DNA of 64,000 nucleotides from a virus (lineage: Duplodnaviria > Caudoviricetes): IMG/VR virus record IMGVR_UViG_3300028372_000005, positions 359 through 64,358 of that record. One strand, given 5' to 3'. A program made the position numbers and the translations under genes. Below, piece after piece: positions 59,117-64,000 of the stretch (position 1 is the first letter of the stretch; each line of letters starts with the position of its first letter). The notes under the pieces are model-generated. The model was not told the DNA's origin. It did not search any database and saw nothing but the letters and a program-made list of their open reading frames with translations.

Positions 59117-61140
59117 TGATGCTCCCTCGATTCGAGTTCGATGTTGAGCGTCTTGATGCTCTTGCGCGCCTCTCCGATGCCTTTGAGGGCTCGCTGAACA
59201 CCCTTCTCATGGATCGAGACTTCGCCCTGGCGGGCCGCCAGAAGCATACGAGCGAGCTTGTCCTCGACCATCTCGAAGAGGTTGTCAGCCTCGGAGATCT
59301 CTTCGAGGTTTTCGTCGGAGACAAACTGCAGGCTCAAAATCGCATCGAGCGCCTGCGGGTCTTCCATCGGGTCGGGCTTTTCGGCCTGCATGGCCTCGTT
59401 ATAGCCCTCCATCGCGTCGTTGGCGCACTTTTTGAGCGCGCGTACCACGCTGTTCGTGACCTCGGCACTAATTCGTGGGAGGCCGTCTTGACTGGCTAGT
59501 TTCATCCGAGACCTGCGAAGGCCGCGAAGCTCCATCTGGCCGTCACCCATCTCGCAGATCCGCTCGATGGCGTGGTCGTCGGCGCCGAGCGAGGCGAGCT
59601 TGAGGCGCATTTCGCCCTCGAGGACCTGGCCTGTGTTGACGTGTCCGCCACGCACTTTGCCGGCGAGGTGGTACCACCCGGCGTTTTTGCGCATGGTCGC
59701 CTTCGGGCGCTTGTCGCTTTTGGCCGAGATGCCGTCGCGCTCGGTGGCGTCGACCACGCCTACGCTTTCGTCTTTGAGCTCCAAAAACGTCAGGTTCGCC
59801 GGGAAGTAGTAGGCGTTGTCCGGGATGAGACGCTGGTCGTAGTGCCCACTCTCGACCTTCTGGGGTTTGAGCAGGTTGTCGACAAGCACCAGACCGATCG
59901 GCTGCATCGTGTCCATGCGCGTACCCACGAGCACAGTGCCGTCGTCGGGTAGCGTGATGGTCTTGGTGATGCGGATATTCGGAGTCGCCACAAACCCGGC
60001 CGACTCGTCGAGAAAGCAGCCGAGCGTGCCAGATCGGGGCGTGCCGACGGGGAGCTTGCCCTCGCCAGCAAGCGACCCCAACGCGACCTTGCCCTCGTCG
60101 AATTTTCCATCCGCGCAGATGACTTTTTGCCTGGGGAGGCGCCCGCCGTCGAAATCGAGCATCTGGGTGCACACGAGCCCGTCGACAGGTTTGTCTGATT
60201 TGGTCACGACCCTGTGCCACCCGCCCTCCTCGATGGGGGTCGGTAGCGTGTTGAACATCGGGACTTCGGGGCTGCGGACGGTCGGGAAATTGCGCACGAA
60301 CGCCCACCCACGATCCATGACCTCACGCATCATCGGTTTGAATTCTTCGTGCAAGAGCTCTTTGAGCTCGATGGCGCTGATAGGTTGGGTCTCGCCGCCA
60401 TCGAAGTCCACAAACAGGTGGTTGTGATCGTCTTTTCGGATCTGGACGACCGGAGAAGTGTCGAATGGGTCTTCTGTTTCGTCGCCCTCGGGCAAAAGAT
60501 TGTCCAGCGAGTCGCGAAGCCCGAGCCTCTTGGCCGCCCGGCCGATGCCGTGGTGGGAATCCAAGAGATCACTAAGCGTGGTGACCTCGGTGCGGTCGCG
60601 AAGCATGCAGCTAAGGAGTCCGCTGCCGGCGGTGCGCATGGCGTTTCCGCCACCCATGCTGTCGTAGCTCGACCACTCCAGCGGAGTCACATCACCGGTC
60701 ATGTCCCCGATGTACTCGTTCGAGGGTGGCAATTGGCTGTAGCTCTCGCCGTCGCCTTTGGGGAAGACATCGCCGACCCCTCCCTGGTCGATGGCGTCTC
60801 GAAATGAGAATTCGCTGAGGTGGCGAAATTGGCCGTCGTCTCCGTCTTTGTTGGGCACGAACATCACGTCGAGCGGGTCGAGCTCGATCTGGCCGGTCTG
60901 CTCGCTCGGCCCGATGGAGAAGACCACCGCCGCGCGCCCCGCCACAATCACTACGCCGAACGCCCGCTTTTCCTCGGGGTCCATGTAGTTGACCTTGATG
61001 TCGACATCACTCTCGTCGACATAGGGGTGCTGGCTCGCCAGGGCTTTGAGCACCTCGGCGCCCCACTGCTGGGGGTTTTTCGAGATCTTGGTGCCGGCGA
61101 GCTTGACGAGGGGTTGATATCTTTTCTGGTATAGCCGCAT
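59113..61140 (-). CDS. large probable virion protein with K-x-A motifs
   Basis: Likely start MRLYQKRYQPLVKLA; internal MRTAG, LKLAS, MKLAS, KKCA. Confidence 0.65.
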   Translation of the reverse strand: MRLYQKRYQPLVKLAGTKISKNPQQWGAEVLKALASQHPYVDESDVDIKVNYMDPEEKRAFGVVIVAGRAAVVFSIGPSEQTGQIELDPLDVMFVPNKDGDDGQFRHLSEFSFRDAIDQGGVGDVFPKGDGESYSQLPPSNEYIGDMTGDVTPLEWSSYDSMGGGNAMRTAGSGLLSCMLRDRTEVTTLSDLLDSHHGIGRAAKRLGLRDSLDNLLPEGDETEDPFDTSPVVQIRKDDHNHLFVDFDGGETQPISAIELKELLHEEFKPMMREVMDRGWAFVRNFPTVRSPEVPMFNTLPTPIEEGGWHRVVTKSDKPVDGLVCTQMLDFDGGRLPRQKVICADGKFDEGKVALGSLAGEGKLPVGTPRSGTLGCFLDESAGFVATPNIRITKTITLPDDGTVLVGTRMDTMQPIGLVLVDNLLKPQKVESGHYDQRLIPDNAYYFPANLTFLELKDESVGVVDATERDGISAKSDKRPKATMRKNAGWYHLAGKVRGGHVNTGQVLEGEMRLKLASLGADDHAIERICEMGDGQMELRGLRRSRMKLASQDGLPRISAEVTNSVVRALKKCANDAMEGYNEAMQAEKPDPMEDPQALDAILSLQFVSDENLEEISEADNLFEMVEDKLARMLLAARQGEVSIHEKGVQRALKGIGEARKSIKTLNIELESREHQ

Positions 61141-61340
61141 CAAAATACCTGTTCTTTTAGGTCTTAGGCGCACATGGGTAGTCTACCACCTGTTCTTTGG
61201 GCGTCACATTTTAGGCCGCACCGACAATTCGAGCAACCGCCCGCTCCTTGGACCCGACCCACGGACCCCCGCTAGTGAGTCTGGGTCATCCAACTAAAGT
61301 AGCACAAGGTATTCTCGAAATTTATGCACACTGTCCTAGA

Positions 61341-62483
61341 TCAATCGTCACCGTCTAGATCCATCGCATAGGGCCACGGCATGGTGTCTTTGGGATACCG
61401 AATGACGTAGTGGCGGTGAAACTTGTAGTAAACATCGCCCGCATCGTCCGAGAATAGTCGACCCATGTTTTGGTCCTGACCGCCGACTTCGCGTAGGAAC
61501 TTGGGGTTGAGGTATCCCTTATGGACGCCCCCTGAAGTCGCCGCCGTCGGCTCCCATACGTATTTTCCGTCTGAACTTCTCGGAGAATTCGCGCCCTGAA
61601 TCTCATAGTTCCCCCTGAAGTCCACGGTATGAAGTGTCCCACTGCTATCAAAGACTTGCAGCTTTCTGCCAATCTCGTTATAAGGGGTGGAATCAGTATC
61701 ATAGTGCGCCATAAACCCGCCCCACGCATGTTTATCCGTATCCGTTGGGTCGTAGGGTTCAATCAGGTTGTCGCCGCCGAATACGACGTAGGTCGGTCGG
61801 TTTGAAAATAGTTCACAATGGCTGAAAAACATCGTGAGAGATGGGTTGTCGGGGTCTGCGATGATCGCCCAACTAGTAAAGTTGTAGGGACTTGCGTTCA
61901 TGAAACCAGTCACGAAACCCTTAAATGAAGACGACGGCGGCATGAAGGAAGAAATATTGGCGTAAAGGGTAACGCCCGCTGAAGGCGCAGGGGCGTCTCC
62001 ATCCCCCGTTGTCACAGTACCGGAGGCGTCGAACTCGAATCCGGGAAATCCATCAGGAGCGTAGGCAATGAGCATCGCTTCATCATTAACAGAAGTACTG
62101 AAGCCTGAGTTGTGGTCCATGTTCCAGAGAAAATTATCCAGGTATGATTCATTATTGCCACCCCAGCCGTCGTCAGGTTCATAGAACATATCACCATTAT
62201 TGTCATAGGCCGTGGCCCCGAATAGCCACTCTGGACCCGTAGGAGCCCCATCCGATATATGGCGCACCAAAAAGCACACGCCGCTGCGACTGGAATATGC
62301 TCCGTCCCAAGCCACTACGTCAGTCACCTGCCAGTTAGCTGAATCAAGGCCGTTTCTGAGCGGGTCACGGTAAACAGCGGCGAAGGTATCGGCGGCTTCC
62401 TGTTTGCTGTCGATATCCCACGAACCGCCTCGGGGATCATTGTATCGACTAAGCCTTCCACATTTTATGTATTCAATAGCCAT
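61341..62483 (-). CDS. probable virion/tail-associated beta-rich protein, AT-richer
   Basis: AGAGGT RBS; Gly/Asp/Tyr/Trp-rich; codon usage differs from the core genes. Confidence 0.55.
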   Translation of the reverse strand: MAIEYIKCGRLSRYNDPRGGSWDIDSKQEAADTFAAVYRDPLRNGLDSANWQVTDVVAWDGAYSSRSGVCFLVRHISDGAPTGPEWLFGATAYDNNGDMFYEPDDGWGGNNESYLDNFLWNMDHNSGFSTSVNDEAMLIAYAPDGFPGFEFDASGTVTTGDGDAPAPSAGVTLYANISSFMPPSSSFKGFVTGFMNASPYNFTSWAIIADPDNPSLTMFFSHCELFSNRPTYVVFGGDNLIEPYDPTDTDKHAWGGFMAHYDTDSTPYNEIGRKLQVFDSSGTLHTVDFRGNYEIQGANSPRSSDGKYVWEPTAATSGGVHKGYLNPKFLREVGGQDQNMGRLFSDDAGDVYYKFHRHYVIRYPKDTMPWPYAMDLDGDD

Positions 62484-62493
62484 GAGTTACCTC

Positions 62494-63531
62494 TTAAGGA
62501 TTGTTCAAAAGATTGGCAGCGACTGCTGCTTCGCGAGCGTCGGGGTCTTCCGGGAGTTGATCAAGAATATGTACACAGCCGGTGAAGTGTTGGACATCAT
62601 AGGTTCCCGCAGCGGCGTCGTTAATACTCAGGACGCCATTGGACCCGCCATCCGGTAGGTTTCCGGTGAATATGCCGTCGCCGTTACTAGAAAACGAACC
62701 ACCAGGACTCCCGTTGGACGTTAACCGTACACCGTCACGGTAGCACCAAATATCACAAGTCCCGTCGCCGTTGTCTAACCTGTACCACGAGAGTAAAGAG
62801 ACCATGTGTGACTGAACCATCCCGCAAGACATCATCACTGTGTCGTTGTTTCCAGTCCCTAATTCGTGGGTGTAAAGCATCTGATTTGTGTTGTAGTTCA
62901 AAAACAATCTGTACAGCGCATTATCCGCCTGAAGCTCTGAGTTAGCGTAATAGACTCCGAAAGTGCCATACTTAACCATAGGCCCCCAGCCCCCGCCACC
63001 ATTGCGCGAGATGGTGCATAGTACCCGCACGACTAGATCACTCGTGTTTTCCAGCGATGGATCACTTGGACCACCCCATGTTCCAAACATCCAGTCATCG
63101 CCGCCGTATGGATTGACGATCTCCCCCTGAGCCGTCCAGTCGCCCGGAGAGATAAGGCCAGCGCCATCTGTGACATTGGCTGCCGATGCGCTGTCTGGGT
63201 ACAAACAAGTCACCGTACCTGTTTCTACGGCGAGGTCCGTGGTTATATAGGAGGTGTTGATCAAGAATTTATCAGATACTTCTGAATCTAGAATTATAGG
63301 GGCTGTCTGAATAGTCGGCGGTTCGTAAGCATCTATCGGGGCCATATCGTGCCCCGCATATTTCGGATGGTTGAGCGCCGAGTCAATCCCTCCGAGATGA
63401 ATCGGAGCAGTCGGGACGACAATCGAAGGGCCTACTGGCCCCTCATCTACTGGCCCCTCATCTACTGACCCCTCATCTCTTTGCCAGGGGAATAGCGCCT
63501 CATCACGATTCGTAAAGTTTGCGTCTGCCAT
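62494..63531 (-). CDS. probable virion/tail-associated protein with short tandem repeat
   Basis: AAGGAG RBS; DEGSVDEGPVDEGPVG (15-bp tandem units at about 63432-63478); possible lectin-like C-terminus. Confidence 0.55.
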   Translation of the reverse strand: MADANFTNRDEALFPWQRDEGSVDEGPVDEGPVGPSIVVPTAPIHLGGIDSALNHPKYAGHDMAPIDAYEPPTIQTAPIILDSEVSDKFLINTSYITTDLAVETGTVTCLYPDSASAANVTDGAGLISPGDWTAQGEIVNPYGGDDWMFGTWGGPSDPSLENTSDLVVRVLCTISRNGGGGWGPMVKYGTFGVYYANSELQADNALYRLFLNYNTNQMLYTHELGTGNNDTVMMSCGMVQSHMVSLLSWYRLDNGDGTCDIWCYRDGVRLTSNGSPGGSFSSNGDGIFTGNLPDGGSNGVLSINDAAAGTYDVQHFTGCVHILDQLPEDPDAREAAVAANLLNNP

Positions 63532-63773
63532 GTATTCTCCTTATGCGATTGGTCACGCCACGGATGTTAGAATATAACCAATAGAATTAACCGGGGTTAA
63601 TACTGAATTGCCGATACCACCTACCTATTGATTAGGTGTGATTATTTGGGAGCTACCGCTCCTGATTCGGAAGACGGCGAGCAAACGATAGACGCGTGCG
63701 GAGTTAAATCGCGGGGTTGAAGTTCTTAGTCTTCAGCGGTATTTTCTTTTGAATGCCGGTGCGATGGGCTCCC

Positions 63774-63886
63774 TCAGTGCATCCGAGCGGCGGTCCATGC
63801 GTGGACCCGCTGGAGCCAGCGGGTGTGCGTGATCAAAAGCGGGTGGGCGATGGCGTTATGGATGAAATGCCAGAATAATACTTCAT
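63774..63886 (-). pseudogene. small phage gene with a 1-bp frameshift (or sequencing error)
   Basis: AAAGGAG RBS then MKYY; after a frame change reads WHFIHNAIAHPLLITHTRWLQRVHAWTAARMH*. Confidence 0.45.
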
Positions 63887-64000
63887 AGATCTCCTTTGAG
63901 TGTGTGAGCGGTCGCACGCGTCGCGTATTAAGCTGTAGCACAGACCGTGCTCGCGCATAAATTCGTGGTCTTCGGCCTCGGTCCCCGGTCGCATCTCGCA

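Overview
This window is a segment of a large dsDNA tailed-phage genome (GC-rich, standard genetic code). The host may be a deltaproteobacterium or Myxococcota-like bacterium, judged only from the host-like SSB and GroES and the acidic proteins (inference). The left and middle parts carry nucleotide metabolism and replication genes: ThyA with an in-frame HNH insertion, dNMP kinase, MazG, a PAPS-reductase-like protein, a primase-helicase next to an iteron-rich putative origin, DnaE with an HNH intein, two DEDDh exonucleases, SSB, Dcd and class II RNR. This region also has many small early ORFs, a Tad1-like anti-Thoeris protein, GroES, a tmRNA and a degenerate tRNA-His. The right part is a morphogenesis cluster with portal, SNF2 helicase, a single-chain beta-beta' RNA polymerase, terminase large subunit and probable virion proteins. 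The most striking unexplained pattern is an 8-residue N-terminal leader, M-x-G-L-[LMI]-K-x-A. It begins 13 ORFs (12 distinct proteins, largely unrelated beyond the leader) scattered over 36 kb on both strands, and it is conserved as peptide rather than DNA. The same K-x-A core recurs inside probable head proteins and in a C-terminal tail on the RNAP. This looks like a capsid-targeting and maturation-cleavage signal that loads a cargo set (helicase, 2H phosphoesterase, basic proteins, glycine-zipper proteins) into the virion. The leader-coding DNA also marks the breakpoint of a 425-bp tandem gene duplication. All family assignments come from motif recognition by eye; no searches were run.
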